Assembly (NCBI GenBank): GCA_964016885.1 | Contig: OZ024743.1 | Location: forward strand, 55,738,001 to 55,802,000 | Origin: Eledone cirrhosa | Lineage: Eukaryota | Direction: 5' to 3' | DNA: 64,000 nucleotides | Notes under the pieces: model-generated | The model's database searches: none | What the model was told of the DNA's origin: nothing | The model's input: the letters and a program-made list of their open reading frames with translations, nothing else | Translations under genes and position numbers: made by a program | Part shown: in pieces, positions 31,775 through 46,623 of the stretch | Layout of the letters: each line of letters opens with the position of its first letter | Position numbering within the stretch: the first letter of the stretch is position 1

Positions 31775-33275
31775 AGTGATGGTAGTGGCGGTCGTGGTGG
31801 TGGTGGTGGTGGTGATGGGGGTGATGGTGGTGGTGGTGGTAGTGGTGGTGGTGGTGGTGGTGGTGGTGGTGGTGATGGGGGTGATGATGGTTGTGGTGGT
31901 GGTGGTGGTGGTGGTGGTGGTGGTGGTGGTGTTGGTGGTAGTGGTGATGGGGGTGATGGGGGTTGTGGTGGTAGTGGTGGTGGTGGTGGTGGTGGTGGTG
32001 GTGGTGTTGGTGGTAGTGGTGATGGGGGTGATGGTGGTTGTGGTGGTAGTGGTGGTGGTGGTGGTGGTGGTGGTGTTGGTGGTAGTGGTGATGGGGGTGA
32101 TGGGGGTTGTGGTGGTAGTGGTGGTGGTGGTGGTGGTGGTGGTGGTGTTGGTGGTAGTGGTGATGGGGGTGATGGTGGTTGTGGTGGTAGTGGTGGTGGT
32201 GGTGGTGGTGGTGGTGGTGTTGGTGGTAGTGGTGATGGGGGTGATGGTGGTTGTGGTGGTAGTGGTGGTGGTGGTGGTGGTGGTGGTGTTGGTGGTAGTG
32301 GTGATGGGGGTGATGGGGGTTGTGGTGGTAGTGGTGGTGGTGGTGTTGCTGTTGCTGGTAATAGCGGTGCTGGTGGTGCTAGTGGTGATGATGCTGGTGG
32401 TGGTGGGGGTGGTAGTGGTGGTGTCGGTGGTGGTGGTGGTGGTGGTTCTAGTAGTGGTGGTAGCGGCGGTGGCAGCCGTGGCGGTGGTGGGAGGTGGTGT
32501 TGTTGTTGGTGGTGGTGGTAGTAGTAGTGATGCTGGTAGTGGTGGTAGAGGTGGTGGTGGTGGTGGCAGTGGCGGCGGCGGTGGTGGTGGTGGGAGGTGG
32601 TGGCGGTGGTGGTGGTAATGGCGGCGGCGGTGCTGATGGTGGTATTGGTAATGGTGTTGGTGTTGGTAGTGGTGCTGGAGGTAGTGGTGGTGTGGGTGGT
32701 GGTGGTGGTGGTAATAGTAGGTGCTGGTGTTAATAGTGTTGGTAGTGGTGGTGGTGGTGGTGGTGGTGGTGGTGGCGGTGGTGGAAGTGATGGTGGAGAT
32801 GGCTGCTGTGGCGGTGGTAGTGCTGCCGGTGGTGCTGATGGCGCTGGTGGTGTTGGTGTGGTGGTGTTGGTTATAGTTGTGATAGTGGGGGTGGTGGTTG
32901 TGGTGGTGGTACTCGTGGTGGTGGTGGTGGTGATTGTGGTTGTAGTAGTGCAGGTGGAGGTGTTGGTAATGGTTGTCCTGATGTTTGCCGTGGCTGGTGC
33001 TGGCGATAGTGCTGGTGGTTGTTGTTGTTGTTGTTGTGGTGGTGGTGGTGGTTGTGCAGTGGTGGTTGTCGAGGTAGTTGTCGTGGTGTGTGGTTGTGAT
33101 GGTGGCTCTGTGTGGTGATGATGATGCTTGTCGTGGCGGCGGCGGCGGCGGCGGTATTGATGGTGGTGCTGATGCGCTGGTACTCGTGGTAGTGTTCGTG
33201 GTTGTCGTGGTGTTGGTACTGGTGGTGGTGGTGCTGGTGGTGGTGACGTTGATGTTGATGACAACTACGACGATA

Positions 33276-33319
<44 letters not shown>

Positions 33320-33342
33320 AACGCTGATGCTAACGCTAATGA

Positions 33343-33376
<34 letters not shown>

Positions 33377-33477
33377 GGTGGTGGTGGTGACGACGACAAC
33401 GAAGCGGATGATGAAGATAGTGATCATAACAATAATAATGATGACTATGACAATGCTGCTGCTGTTACTGCCGTTGC

Positions 33478-33508
<31 letters not shown>

Positions 33509-33510
33509 AA
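31775..33510. repeat. (GGT)n-derived minisatellite and trinucleotide low-complexity tract
   Basis: Visible; the 614-aa and 522-aa ORFs are poly-T/P/H translations. Confidence 0.92.
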
Positions 33511-33746
33511 TAATGGCCATAAATAACGACTATGAGTATGAAAATTGTGAAAAATGTGGCATATCCCCACCGACCGTTGCTTTTAAAGACATTTCTCCTG
33601 TATAGTCATTCATTCCTTCGTCTCTGACACATAGTCATTAAGTTTGTGTGTAATATATGCAGCCGCTTCTCATTCGTCATATATTTATGAGTCTCGTTCT
33701 TCGGCCTGTCTCAATGGTTCCTCTTTCAGACACACTCACACACACA

Positions 33747-33790
<44 letters not shown>

Positions 33791-33791
33791 C

Positions 33792-33852
<61 letters not shown>

Positions 33853-33865
33853 GAAATGGCTGTGT

Positions 33866-33904
<39 letters not shown>

Positions 33905-34061
33905 ATCTATCTATATCTTCTCTCTCTCTCTTCTATATATTCTTCCGTACATAAATATATGTATATAGAGATCCATACACGGCCACACACATACCTTTAT
34001 CTATATCTATCTCTATATATCTATATCTATATCTATGTCTTTATCTGTACCCCCTCCGTTC

Positions 34062-34109
<48 letters not shown>

Positions 34110-34349
34110 GAACGTTTCTCGCTAACTTGCTAGCTGGCTAGGATGGCCAGATAATTTGTATATATATGTTTAAAGAGAGAGGGAGACATATATGCAACTC
34201 ATTTCATATGCCAGTCTGCCAAATAAATTCTCCAATCTCTGTGTAAATGCATTTCTATATATATATATATTGCCTTGACCCTCTGACCACTTCCTGTTGC
34301 ACGCGCACCCCACATCTCCCCACTTCCGACCACCACAACCAACGGATTA

Positions 34350-35030
34350 CACACCACCGGGCATTGTTCCAGCTATCCACTCCATAACATGAAAAATATC
34401 CGGCAATCCTTCGCACACTCTACGGAACTACCTTAGGAACTTACCCACGGACTTACACAATTTCTTTTCTAACCACGCCACCTACATCCACACCACTTAT
34501 AAACACCAACACACACGTGCGTACCCCCACATATACACACTCAGCCTCCGGAATCCCCCCTCCCCCACCCCTCTGACCCCTCCCCATCCACACGCACGCA
34601 CACACCGACCTACACCCCACCCCACCACACAGCTTTCCCTGAACATGGAACCTCAACTCTCACATTCACATACACACACACACACACACAGGTACACCTA
34701 CACACATACACAAACACCACCTTCACCCTCCCCGCACGCCCCCCTCTCCCTACTCCACGCCCCACACCCTTCCACCACTTGTTTATCTTTATGTTTATTT
34801 TTATTTTTATTTGTACCCCTTCCACCGTTTTTCCTCACTCTTCTCTCCCCTCCTTTTTTCTAAATGTCTCTCCACCCCTCCCCCACACACACTCGGAACT
34901 CTCTTCCCACCCACTTTTCTCCTGAAGAAGGGCTTATGCCTGAAACGCCCCCCCCCACTCTCATGAGCGTGAAACTAATAAACCTTTGTTTGTACTGCCT
35001 CTCTGTTTTTGTTCCCGTTCCAATTTTCAC
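34350..35030 (+). mobile_element. PLE 3' fragment with degenerate HHR (34922-34948)
   Basis: LGT-PHGL-like GIY-YIG end near 34430-34455; CTGAAGA-A-GGGC-TTAT-GCCT-GAAACG; AATAAA; ends at (TA)n. Confidence 0.6.
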
Positions 35031-35105
<75 letters not shown>

Positions 35106-35526
35106 ATATAGGATAGAAAGTGAAGAGAGAGAATGAGAAAGATATATAGAGTAAAAGTCGACTCCAGTATTTGAACTCAGAGAGCAGAGAGTCAAAAGGA
35201 ATACCGCAAAACATTCTATCCGAATTTCCAACGACTCTGCCAATTCGTAGCCTATTGTATAACATGCATTGCCCTATAAACATGTTATCTCCGCATAGAC
35301 ACATTACAACTTCTGGATATCCACTTTTGTGACTCTTAGATAACAATCAAAACGTTACCTTCACTAAAAGCTGCAAATTATGTACCACCCAGCTGCTATG
35401 ACATTTTATCTCGTTTTATCAAACTTATGAATATTAAAGTTGTTTTACAAATTTTGTGAAACTGGTTTGAAAGTTTTATAGAATAAAATATAACAAAATT
35501 GTTTAAAGACTTCAAGTGCATTTTCC

Positions 35527-35600
<74 letters not shown>

Positions 35601-36239
35601 TACACATACCGACACACCCACATTCACAGCCACACACACACAGCCACACACACCCACACACTGACACACACACACGCACACACATACATATATATATATA
35701 TTCGTACGTGGTTGACAGCTGACAGAAAGGAGAACTCAATGCTGGAGTAGATGTTTATTTTATTAAGGTTATGTCTGTGATAAACAGACGAAACTCCAAA
35801 GTTATAAGACTCACTATTTAGCCTTAATAAAATGAATATATATGAAGGTGTGTATTTTAAATGTGTGCGTTCCAACGCAGAACACAATAATATTAGTCGA
35901 TCGCAATAAATAATTTGTTAAACTTTGCTTCGTTTTGAACCCTTGGAATACGTAACCTTTTTGCCTCCATTCCCAGTTCGCAGGCCCCAAACCAATTTTC
36001 ATGACGTTGGATCGAGACTGCAATATATTTTTCGAATAAGCCCTCTTCTAAGGCCCGAACGCATCCCTTCATACACCACCCAAAGGACTATGCAGTACGA
36101 TTACTTTATTTGCATTTGCCCATACTGTGGTTATTTTCGTGCCAGTTACCAATTTGATCATTTTGTCAGCCCCCCGAAGATTAGGCTTTTTTTAGAGGTG
36201 GCCTTTAATCGTTTCCTCATAGCGACATCACTGGGTTGT

Positions 36240-37875
36240 GAGACTACCTAAAGTCAAGAATACCTAGAAGAGTGGCAAGTCCAGCTCAACTTACAGAATA
36301 GAATGGGAAGCACTGGCTGATGAAGAGGTCAGGATCAATATGCGGGCACTATTACTTCCAAATACAGGGAATTCCCTGAACAAACTGATGATATTAAAGT
36401 GGAATAGGGACTATTCATCTCGGCAGTTTCTGCTTCAAATGTTAAATGCTGCTGGCGAAACTGGCTCGATGTGGTGCCGATTGTCATGAAGACGCCTTTG
36501 GTTCAATAAGGAGGTTAAAGTTGACATCCGAACAAAGAAGGAGGCTTACAGAGCTTAGCTAGGAAATAAGTACCTCTTCTTGCAATTACAGTACAAGCGG
36601 GTGTGAACAGTTTTAGCAGAGACAATAAATGCATCCAATAATACATGGGTTAAGCTGGAGTCCGACTTCAGATCAGCAAATAAAGTGTTCTGACAAACCA
36701 TCGACATCGTAATAAGAAGTTCCGCTCCATGTCTGCTATCAGGACCTCCTCTGGGTTCTTCTCTCTGAAGAGAGGTGCATTCTCAAGAGAAGTGAAGAGA
36801 ATACTTTTCTGATCTAAATCTGGTCGCAACAACATCTTCTGATCCACATGAGGTGCATCTAGGGGCGAAGACTAACCTCTTGAAGGCTGAGGTCACCAGT
36901 GCAATTAACGAGCTCAAATGTGGTAAGGCCTCTGGGGAAGATGAACTTTAGATCGAAGTGTTAAAAGCCTTGATAAGAGAAAGTATTCTCTGGTGATTCG
37001 TGTGACCCGAGTCGCTGGAAAATCCTAATTTTCAAAAAGGGAGACAAGAGAGATTGCTTTGGAGACTATTGTCGGAGATGAGGCACGTGGTTCCATTCCA
37101 GTAGGTGTCTCAATCCATCTTTATTTTCGTCACCAAGGGTAATTTACGAGGCTTGTTCAACGATTTTACAGTCATTATATGAATTGTAGCAGATTTTCAT
37201 AATAAAAGCAAACACATTTCAAACAATAACAATCATTTTCAATTTAGGATCAAAGCCAATAATTGACTTCCACTGAAACATGTAAAGACGTTCAGGTATC
37301 TCAGAGCTGTGCTGACGAGTAATGGAAGGCAGGATACTGTATTAATTGTAAGATTTACAGGAGCAGTAGTGCCCCAGCTTCAGCATTTGGTAATCAGAAG
37401 AAGGGAGGTAGGTGTAATAGCCAAACTCGCTATCTTCAACTCACTATTCGTGCCAACGTTACCTATGGTCATGAATCTTCTGTAACGACCGAAAGAACAC
37501 GTTCCTGAATACAAGAGGCCGAAATGAGATTCCCCCGAAGGGTCTTTAATGCAACGTTACTCGATAGAGTGTGTAGCTCGGAGATCAGAAAGTCACTCAC
37601 TCTAGATAGAGCCGCTCCCATACTATGGGCATGTGGTTAGAATGTCTCGGGAAAGAATCGCTAGCCAGATTTTACAGGCAAAACCAACCAGCAGGAAACC
37701 CAGAGGTAAACCCCAATATAGATGGTTGGATGACATCCATGAGTTTGTCTGGTCTCGTTTTGGGATCCAGCCGGATCATTTGGAGACGGTTGCTTCTAAC
37801 AGGATTCACTGGAAGAATTATTTTAGGCCGTTGCCCGCGCGACCCACTCAGGAATAAGTGGGCGAAGAAAAAGAA
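36240..37875 (+). mobile_element. Decayed RTE-clade LINE (RT and C-terminus, deleted)
   Basis: AEVTSAINELKCGKASGED, IFKKGDKRDC, FRYL, YGHVVRMSRERIASQIL...KPRGKPQYRW; GAA-rich tail. Confidence 0.85.
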
Positions 37876-38047
37876 GAGAAGAATAAGAAGGCCAATAATT
37901 TTGGAGTTGGGGGAAAGTTGAACTCAAAACTTAAAGATCCAGAACAAAAATCAGGAAGTATTTTATCAAAGATTCTTGCAATTCTGTCAATTCGGCACCC
38001 TGCTGCTGCTGTAACTACTGCTGGTGCTGCTGCTGCTGTTGATGGTA

Positions 38048-38089
<42 letters not shown>

Positions 38090-38404
38090 CTAGTTTCTCT
38101 AATAGATATACAAGGCCAGGATATGGATAGGTGAAAGTCGATAACACCAACACCAAAACCTGATTGGTACTGTATTTTATTGACCCCCGGGTGGATAAAA
38201 GCAACGTTATCTTGGGCGGGATTTGTACCCAAAGCATAAAATACCCGAACAAATATTGCAAAATATTTGTCCACCACCACCACCAACAACAACAACAACC
38301 ATGTTGATGATGATGGTGATGATGAGGGTAACGACGACGACGTTGATAATGACAATGGCGTTGTCGATGACGACAACGACGAAGACAATGATGATAAAGA
38401 TTAT

Positions 38405-38449
<45 letters not shown>

Positions 38450-38487
38450 ATGCATGTGATAATCTATTAATTCTCTGATGATTATTT

Positions 38488-38526
<39 letters not shown>

Positions 38527-38534
38527 CATATGTG

Positions 38535-38603
<69 letters not shown>

Positions 38604-38604
38604 T

Positions 38605-38638
<34 letters not shown>

Positions 38639-38643
<5 letters not shown>

Positions 38644-38974
38644 CTTCAAAATATTAATAAATATAGACATTCATGTGATCAAATATATTTTATTATACAT
38701 ATTTCAGAGGCACTGAGCTATTTCATCAGTACGTCCTCATCAGATAAAATAAATTGATGTCTGACATACCTCAACTGTGCTGATGGTTCAATTCCAGTCT
38801 TGGCAGTTGAGGTATGTCAGACATCAATTTATTTTATCTGATGAGGACGTACTCTATATTTATTAATATTTTGAAGTAATATTAATAACTCCAGAAAACC
38901 TCTTTGTTGAGTGCTTCTAATCTATTGTAAAACTTTATTCATTGATTAATCAATGAACCTTGTTAAACTTTTGG

Positions 38975-38975
<1 letters not shown>
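38639..38975. mobile_element. Fold-back HHR element between (TA)n tracts
   Basis: Perfect 50-bp arms 38728-38777 / 38804-38853 plus outer arms; homologous to 59450-59750. Confidence 0.9.
38686..38751 (-). ncRNA. Type I hammerhead ribozyme
   Basis: TATTTTAT-CTGATGA-GGAcGTACTGA..TCAGTGCcTCT-GAA-ATATGTAT-A-ATAAAATA. Confidence 0.85.
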
Positions 38976-39072
<97 letters not shown>

Positions 39073-39531
39073 TTCACCGCTCTAAACAGTGACAAATATA
39101 TGAAAATCACCCCTGTCACTTTCATTTATAAGTGATAAGTGACTCTGCTATGGTTGTCGAATATGTCATTTTGGTGACCGGAAGCAATGTTAGTCCTGCT
39201 GAAATACTTTTACCTTCTAAATACATAACGTCTGGCCTACAACCCGCTAAGTAGCGTGTCAAATCTATGTTTATTTGCTGCTATTTGCAAACGTAGAAGG
39301 AGAAATAACATTATTTATGGTAGGAACCTACTAATCATTCCTTCAGTTCTAGATATCTCCTTTAACTTAAAACATATATAGCTCCAAGACGACCGTGATA
39401 AATGGACTTCCGGTTCGTTGTAATGACAAACGTAACAAGAGGTATAAGATGTTACCCACTGAGAGCCATTATATTCATTCTTTCTCTCCTTTCATTTTTC
39501 TTTTTTATTTTCCCTTCACTCTCCCACTTTC

Positions 39532-39563
<32 letters not shown>

Positions 39564-39997
39564 TTCTCTCTCTCTCTTTCTCTTTACTGACTTCTCTCCC
39601 TTCTCCTCTTTTCAACCTTTTATCTCTCTTCAATGAGAAACACATTATTTCTATCAAAAACCTTTTCGTTAATATTCCGCTATGATTGGCCAACGTTTTT
39701 AATATCATTCTGAATGTACAGCGAGGTTGACATATGCATGTTGTGAGGGCAAATATATGCATTTACTTCTAAATTGTCGATATATAACACGAAAGGCAAT
39801 AGTCTTTACACTAACTAATGTTATGTTGTATATAAAGCATGAAATATGGATTGGTGTGGAAATATGGAACTTGTTTACATCAGAGTATAAATAGCAGTTG
39901 AGGTGTAGAGGATTCAAGTGTCCATATTACTGGCTAAAACGTACAAGTGGAGAACAATGGTAGAAGTCTGGATAAAGATGGGTAGAGAGATAGATAT

Positions 39998-42900
39998 GTT
40001 TCTTTATTAGCCACAGGGGCACAAAAGAAGGGGACAAATACAAAGGGGGAAGTTTACATACAATAAAAACGTCTAAAATATCACAAATGCAATTTAAAAA
40101 TTAGTCGATTTTCCCCAATAGAGGGAGACATTACATATGGGTAACACATACCCCCGAAAAAAAATGTGGAACCCTCATCTCCAGGAGTACGAAGAGTTTG
40201 TACTCCTTTCCTCTCCTCCTCTTTTTCCTCAACCTACAGTCTGATATAGAGAGAAGGCCCATTCACTCGGGCCATTCTCGCCACTTTCACCCACCTTTCA
40301 TAAAACTTGCTGGGGTACAGCACCTCTCTCTCCATCCAGATTCTTCTTCCAAAGTGGTATTTGAAAAAAAGAATCAGTTGTTGGCCGGAGAGAAAGGTGT
40401 CTGACCTCAGCCCTTTCAACCTTGTCCACCATACAACCTCTTTCGCCATAGCTATCACACAAAGAAAAACCGCCTCTCCTTCGTTTTTGAAGGAGGGTGG
40501 CGGTTTGATCATGACAATAGACTCGGTGGTCAACCGGATTGGTCCCACCCGCGACAATAGTCGTTCTACATAGCCCCACAGGTCGGTGACGCCCGGGCAG
40601 TGTATGAATGCGTGCGCGACAGTTTCTTCGTCTCGCACGCACCTCCGACAGATCTTTTATGCAGGGTCCCTGCCCGGGCGCCCATGTCTGTAGAGCTTGT
40701 CTCGAACTGGTAGAGCTCCTCGGTAGCACTGCTAGGCCAGCGACTTTTGGAAGTTGTCCATCGGTCCCGGGCGGAAGGTCCTACCGAACAGACTGGCCAG
40801 TTCGTCTTCCTCTACGCCTAGAGTTTCACCGAGCACATCGTCGCACTTGCTGCGGATCAAACCAGACCCCGAGCAGCTTTACCGGTCCTTCCGTCCAGCG
40901 TCCGACGACGCCTTTGGAAGGCATTGGTTTGCCTCTCCACGATCCGAGTTGCAAACCGATGGACTTGTCCCGGTTCAGCTTCACTCCTGTGAACCTTTCG
41001 TATTCCTTCAGTAAGGTGCCGACTTCCTCGATTTGCGAGGTGCTCGACACCATTACTGTCACGTCGTCGGCGTAGGCCGATGCCGCTTTCCGCAGTCCCG
41101 GTTGCAGAGGGATGCCCTGAAATAGCTCCAACTTCCGCAGTAGTGGCTCGAGAGTCAATACGTACAGAAGGAAGGAGAGAGGGCATCCCCGTCGAATGGA
41201 TCGCGTGATATGGAACGGATCCGAGAGGTAGCCGTTCACCTTAACCCTTGAGCAGATGTTGCTGTTATGCATTGCAGCAATCCAGCCCCTGAACACGGGT
41301 CCGAATCCTGCCGCCTCGAGCACCGCATCCAGGTAACGATGGTCAACCCTATCGAAAGCCTTAGACTGATCCAAGTTGATCAGGGCCCCACCGAAGCCGG
41401 GTTTACACCCTACCCTCTCTATGATGTATCGCATGAGGTGGAGGTTGTCGTGTATGGACCTGTTCGGGATTGCGCTTGTCTGCGCTTCTCCCACCAGGTT
41501 CTCGACGACAAGCGCCAGCCTCTTTGCCAACACCTTGGCCAAAATCTGTAACTCTGTGTTTAGCAGAGTTATGGGCCGGAAGTTGCTTATGTCATCCCCA
41601 TTATTCTTGTCCTTCCTGACTAGTGTGACTACGCCCCCGGTCACAGAACTGGGAATTCTCCCGTTCTGTTGCCAGTTGCAGTAGACCGCTTCCAGGAGAC
41701 CGGAGGATAAGTCCGGCATTGCTACGTAAAATTCGTAGGGTAGACTGTCGAGACCTGGAGATTTGCGTTTGCCGCATTGGCTCAGCGGGTCCGCTATCTC
41801 AGCAGCTTAAATCGGCTTTTCGCAGAACTTTGCCTCGCTGTCCGAGAGTCGCGGTAGGCCGTCGAGGTATGGACCGAAATCCATAGCCCCTCCCGGTGCG
41901 CCGCCCTGCCCGAACAGCTGAGCAAAGTGCCGCTGAAAGGCCGCACACATCTGCTTCGGCTCACGTATCACGCGTCCGTTTTGGTCCTTCAAAGACCGAA
42001 TCGTGAACTTGTTGCCACTTTTTGCCTCCGTCACTCGGGCCCAGCATACAGCTTTGGCTCCCTCGTTTCCCAGAGCACGTATTTTGCTTCAGACAACGCA
42101 GCCCCCATGCTTTGCGTCGAAGAACTGGTCCAAGGCCGTTCTCGTTGCTAGCACGCTGGCTACGTTGCCACTTCTAATTGCCTCTTCTACTTTATCTACC
42201 AGTTCTTTCTCGGTTCTATTTCTATCTAACGCTAATTCTTTAAAAAGACTAACGAGTCTAATCTAACTGCCCTCTTGAGAGAGTACCACCATCTGTTGTT
42301 GACAATGGCCCCTGTCAAGTTCTGTTTAACTAAAGTGCTAATCCGTCTACTGTAGGCTTTGCGGTAACGACAAGTTCGCTTCCAGTAGCCGGGTCCTTGT
42401 CTATGGGTTCTATCAAGGTTGACCATGAAGGTCACTAGTTTGTGATCTGAATAGGCAACCATGAACATTTATGGAGAGCTTAACATGTCCCTATCCTTAT
42501 TTCTAACTAGAACCCTATCTAGGTACGATCTAGATGTTCCGCTGAGATTAGTCCACGTCCACAGTGGCACAGTAGGAAAATCTAGTCGATATCTATCGGC
42601 CAGGTCAAATCGGCCGATTAACTGTTTGAGGATGTTACACCCCCCTTTATCGGGACATGCTCCCGCATAGTCCCAACCTGCATCTAGGATTCCATTCCAG
42701 TCCCCCACTAAAAGCAAGGAGCGGGACGTTCCCAGAAAAGTCTCTAGACGTTTGAAGAAGTCTGGACGCGGTGTCCCGGATGGGGCATATGCGGCCACCA
42801 GCCTGAAGGCTCCACCTTCACTACAGTCAACGTCTAGGACCACCAGTCGACCCTCCGGGTCCAGATGTACCGTCTGTGTTACGAGGCCCAGATGTTTTCG

Positions 42901-43222
42901 CAGCAAAACGGAAACCACGTCCCCACCCCCCGGCTGACAGAGAGATGCGTAGATCTCAAAGTCCTCGAAGATGGGGGCCAGCTGTCGTTTGCTGTGGATC
43001 CTGGACTCGCAAATGGCTACTACATCCATACTGTGCGACCTGAGGTCGTTTAAGAGTTTGCCCTGTTTCCAGGGCATCCCCAGGCCGCGTATATTCACAC
43101 ACCCAACTCTTATATTGGCCATGTTGGTTCTGAAAAGTTAAAAGAGGAGAAGAAAACACTCACCTCTTCGTCTCCCGGGGATCAGGCCGCACGGTTTCCA
43201 TGGGGGTGTTAGAGGGGTTTTC
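39998..43222 (-). mobile_element. Tx1/L1-clade LINE, ORF2 region (APE + RT + C-terminal Cys/His motif), frameshifted and partly deleted
   Basis: VGCVNIRGL, AYAPS, LVGDWN, SYLDRVL, SDH; FRPITLLNTE, LDQSKAFDRVDH, RGCPLS, AYADDV; EETVAHAFIHC; AATAAA at the 3' end; AGATAGAT on both flanks. Confidence 0.93.
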
Positions 43223-43317
43223 TGTAGATAGATAGATTAGACGGCGTAACTGGAATTACTCATATACACACTCATATGTATCAGTATACGCACACACACA
43301 CGCATACAGAGAGAGAT

Positions 43318-43389
<72 letters not shown>

Positions 43390-43688
43390 AGAGACGTACA
43401 CGTGCGCACACACACACACACACACACAGACACACACACACACGAACACACACACATAAAATTTATGAAAGCAGAACCATTGGGAAAATTTGACATTTGA
43501 AATGTAGGCGTCCCAAGGCAAATGAGTATAAATGATAGTTGAGAAAATCGATCAAAGGCTCCCTGGAGGTGCTTCTGCTTACTTTTATTCGTATCGAGGA
43601 GTACTTTTCTCTATTGCTTTAACTATTTTTTATAATAATTTTATAATAATATAATTATTGTCATTTGCTTTGGGACACCTACATTTCA

Positions 43689-43773
<85 letters not shown>

Positions 43774-43882
43774 GACGGCGTGAATTTGTTTTGCAAGGTT
43801 TTTTTCATATGGAATGGTGTGTCCGTTATTATTTCTGGCAATATTATTACAACAATGTGAGCCTCCCCAATTATATATATAT

Positions 43883-43942
<60 letters not shown>

Positions 43943-44343
43943 AATTTATATCTAGTAACATTTATATACACACAGATGCACATCAATGCTAGCAAATATA
44001 TAGGTTTTGTCTTATTAACAATGTGCTTCAATGCATGGGGTTGCAGAACAATAATATGAGAGACGTAAAATAAGAAAATTATAAAATTAACTTACTTACT
44101 AAAAAATCACTTCCAACTAATTAGTTTCTGGAATGGAGTAAATATATTTTCCGAAGAAACATATGGAAAATCATTCCGTCATCAGGAAAGTCTTTTCCGT
44201 ATAGGTCTCCAAGCATAGCGAGGACACTGGAAACTTATTAGAAAAATAATTCAGTGGAATGGAAATAGCGAAGCGTGGACTGGATTCCAAGCCATTGAGA
44301 AAATCACTGCCTCTACGTCTGTGGCAAATTCAAAAAGAATCAA

Positions 44344-44391
<48 letters not shown>

Positions 44392-44422
44392 TTGTAGCTT
44401 GCTTGTAGCATTGTTGAATAGG

Positions 44423-44624
44423 AAACACAAATTCATATTTTGAAAACCGAAACAATACATATGAATAATGTTAAATTGCCAATATAACAAAAGAATCTTA
44501 CCTTACCACATTTAGTGATCCCAAATATTTTCGGGTTAAATTTGCTAAGGTAAGATTCTTTTGTTATCTTGGCAATTTTAACATTCTTCATACCAATTGT
44601 TTGTGTTTTCAAAATTTAAATTTG

Positions 44625-44711
<87 letters not shown>

Positions 44712-44718
44712 ATATATA

Positions 44719-44814
<96 letters not shown>

Positions 44815-44866
44815 CAAATTTAAATTTGCAAATTTAACCCGAAAATATTTGGGATTACTAAATTTT
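44423..44866. repeat. Fold-back element (~83-bp arms) plus inverted copy of its loop beyond a (TA)n tract
   Basis: 44423-44505 pairs with 44546-44629; 44808-44866 is the reverse complement of the arm end joined to loop 44509-44545. Confidence 0.8.
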
Positions 44867-45273
<407 letters not shown>

Positions 45274-45289
45274 TGTGTGTGTGTAAAAG

Positions 45290-45639
45290 GTAAACAGAAA
45301 TAACAACACAATCGGTACAGTATATGGAAGGTATATATTAGGTTAACGCTTGATACAGCAGGAAGAGGGTCTTAACGTTTCGGACGCTAGTCCTTCATCA
45401 GAAGAAAGATTGAGAAATAAAATAGATTGAGGAGACGGGCGGGATGGAATTGGAAAAAATGTCTTTAGATAAAAATAACAGGTCCATTCATGTTGACATC
45501 TCTTGCAAAACTGTTGGTGCTGGCGTTTTGTGCATGATTTGATTTTTAGAAAAGTGGAAGATGGCGTTCGTCCACCTGAAATGGAAAAAAAAAACGTTTT
45601 GTAAAAAGAGCTATACTAGAGCACGTGCGTAAGCATGAG

Positions 45640-45737
<98 letters not shown>

Positions 45738-46549
45738 TGTGTGTGTCTTATTATAGGTCCGTACGAAGCTAAGAAGAAATATGTGTGTATATGTGAGTAA
45801 AAGAGTGTGTGTGCATGTAAGTACGAAGCTATGAGAAAAATTATGTTAATATAAGGGTGTGTATCGGCATGTATTAGTAGTAAGAGAAGCTGCTAATGAT
45901 CAAGAGAAAGCGATAGGAATCTAGGGCTGTGATAATGGACGGGGTATTAGAGAAATTGGGGAGGTGAGTTGAGTCCAAGAGGGGAATAGGACCCAAGACG
46001 GTGAATCAGACTTTGTTCAGTCCTGGTGCGCGAGGCCTGTGATCCATGATGTAAAAGGACACCCAGGACTGAAACATGTAGGGAAGAATGACCAGGACTG
46101 AAACATGTAGGGAAGAATGACCAGAGATGACGGGCGACAGGAGTATCCAAACCGAGTCGTATGTCCCTCAAATATATCGGACAAACGGTACGCCACACGG
46201 CGTCCCGTTTGTCCGATATATAAAGACCCGCAAAGAGAACACCGGAGGGCATAGACAACGTGGGTGAATGTGCAGGTGAAGGAATAGCGGATACGGAAAG
46301 ACTCGTTAGAACCTGTAAGAGTGGTGAGGGTGGAAATAAAGGGACAAGTGTTGCAGCGGGAACGGGAACAAGAATGAGAGCCGGGTGGAGTCGTGGGAGA
46401 GGACGAAAAAGAACTGCGAACCACGAGGTCGCGGAGGTTTCGGGCGCATTTAAAAGCAGTAATGGGTGGGTTTGGAAAAAAGCGAGAACTGACGGGGTCA
46501 GAAGTGAGGATACGGAAGGAACGGAGGTAATGTCGCCGAAGTGGTAGGG

Positions 46550-46552
<3 letters not shown>
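45290..46552 (-). mobile_element. 5'-truncated Penelope-like element: Cys-rich linker, GIY-YIG and pLTR with HHR
   Basis: CSRSRCNTC, HVVYALRCSLCGSLYIGQTGR, EQSLIHRLGSYSPLGLN; 29-bp tandem duplication at ~46063-46120; (TA)n at the 5' junction. Confidence 0.9.
45370..45405 (-). ncRNA. Minimal PLE-type hammerhead ribozyme
   Basis: TCTT-CTGATGA-A-GGAC-TAGC-GTCC-GAA-ACGT-T-AAGA. Confidence 0.85.

Positions 46553-46623
<71 letters not shown>

Noticed and set aside
31676-33520. 614-aa and 522-aa mucin- or extensin-like ORFs
   Set aside because: Translations of (GGT)n/(GAT)n repeats, open in several frames on both strands, with no domain content
39140-39442. MITE with imperfect TIRs (TGTCATT..ACCGGAAG / CTTCCGGT..AATGACA)
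   Set aside because: Arms are too degenerate, with no TSD or second copy in the window
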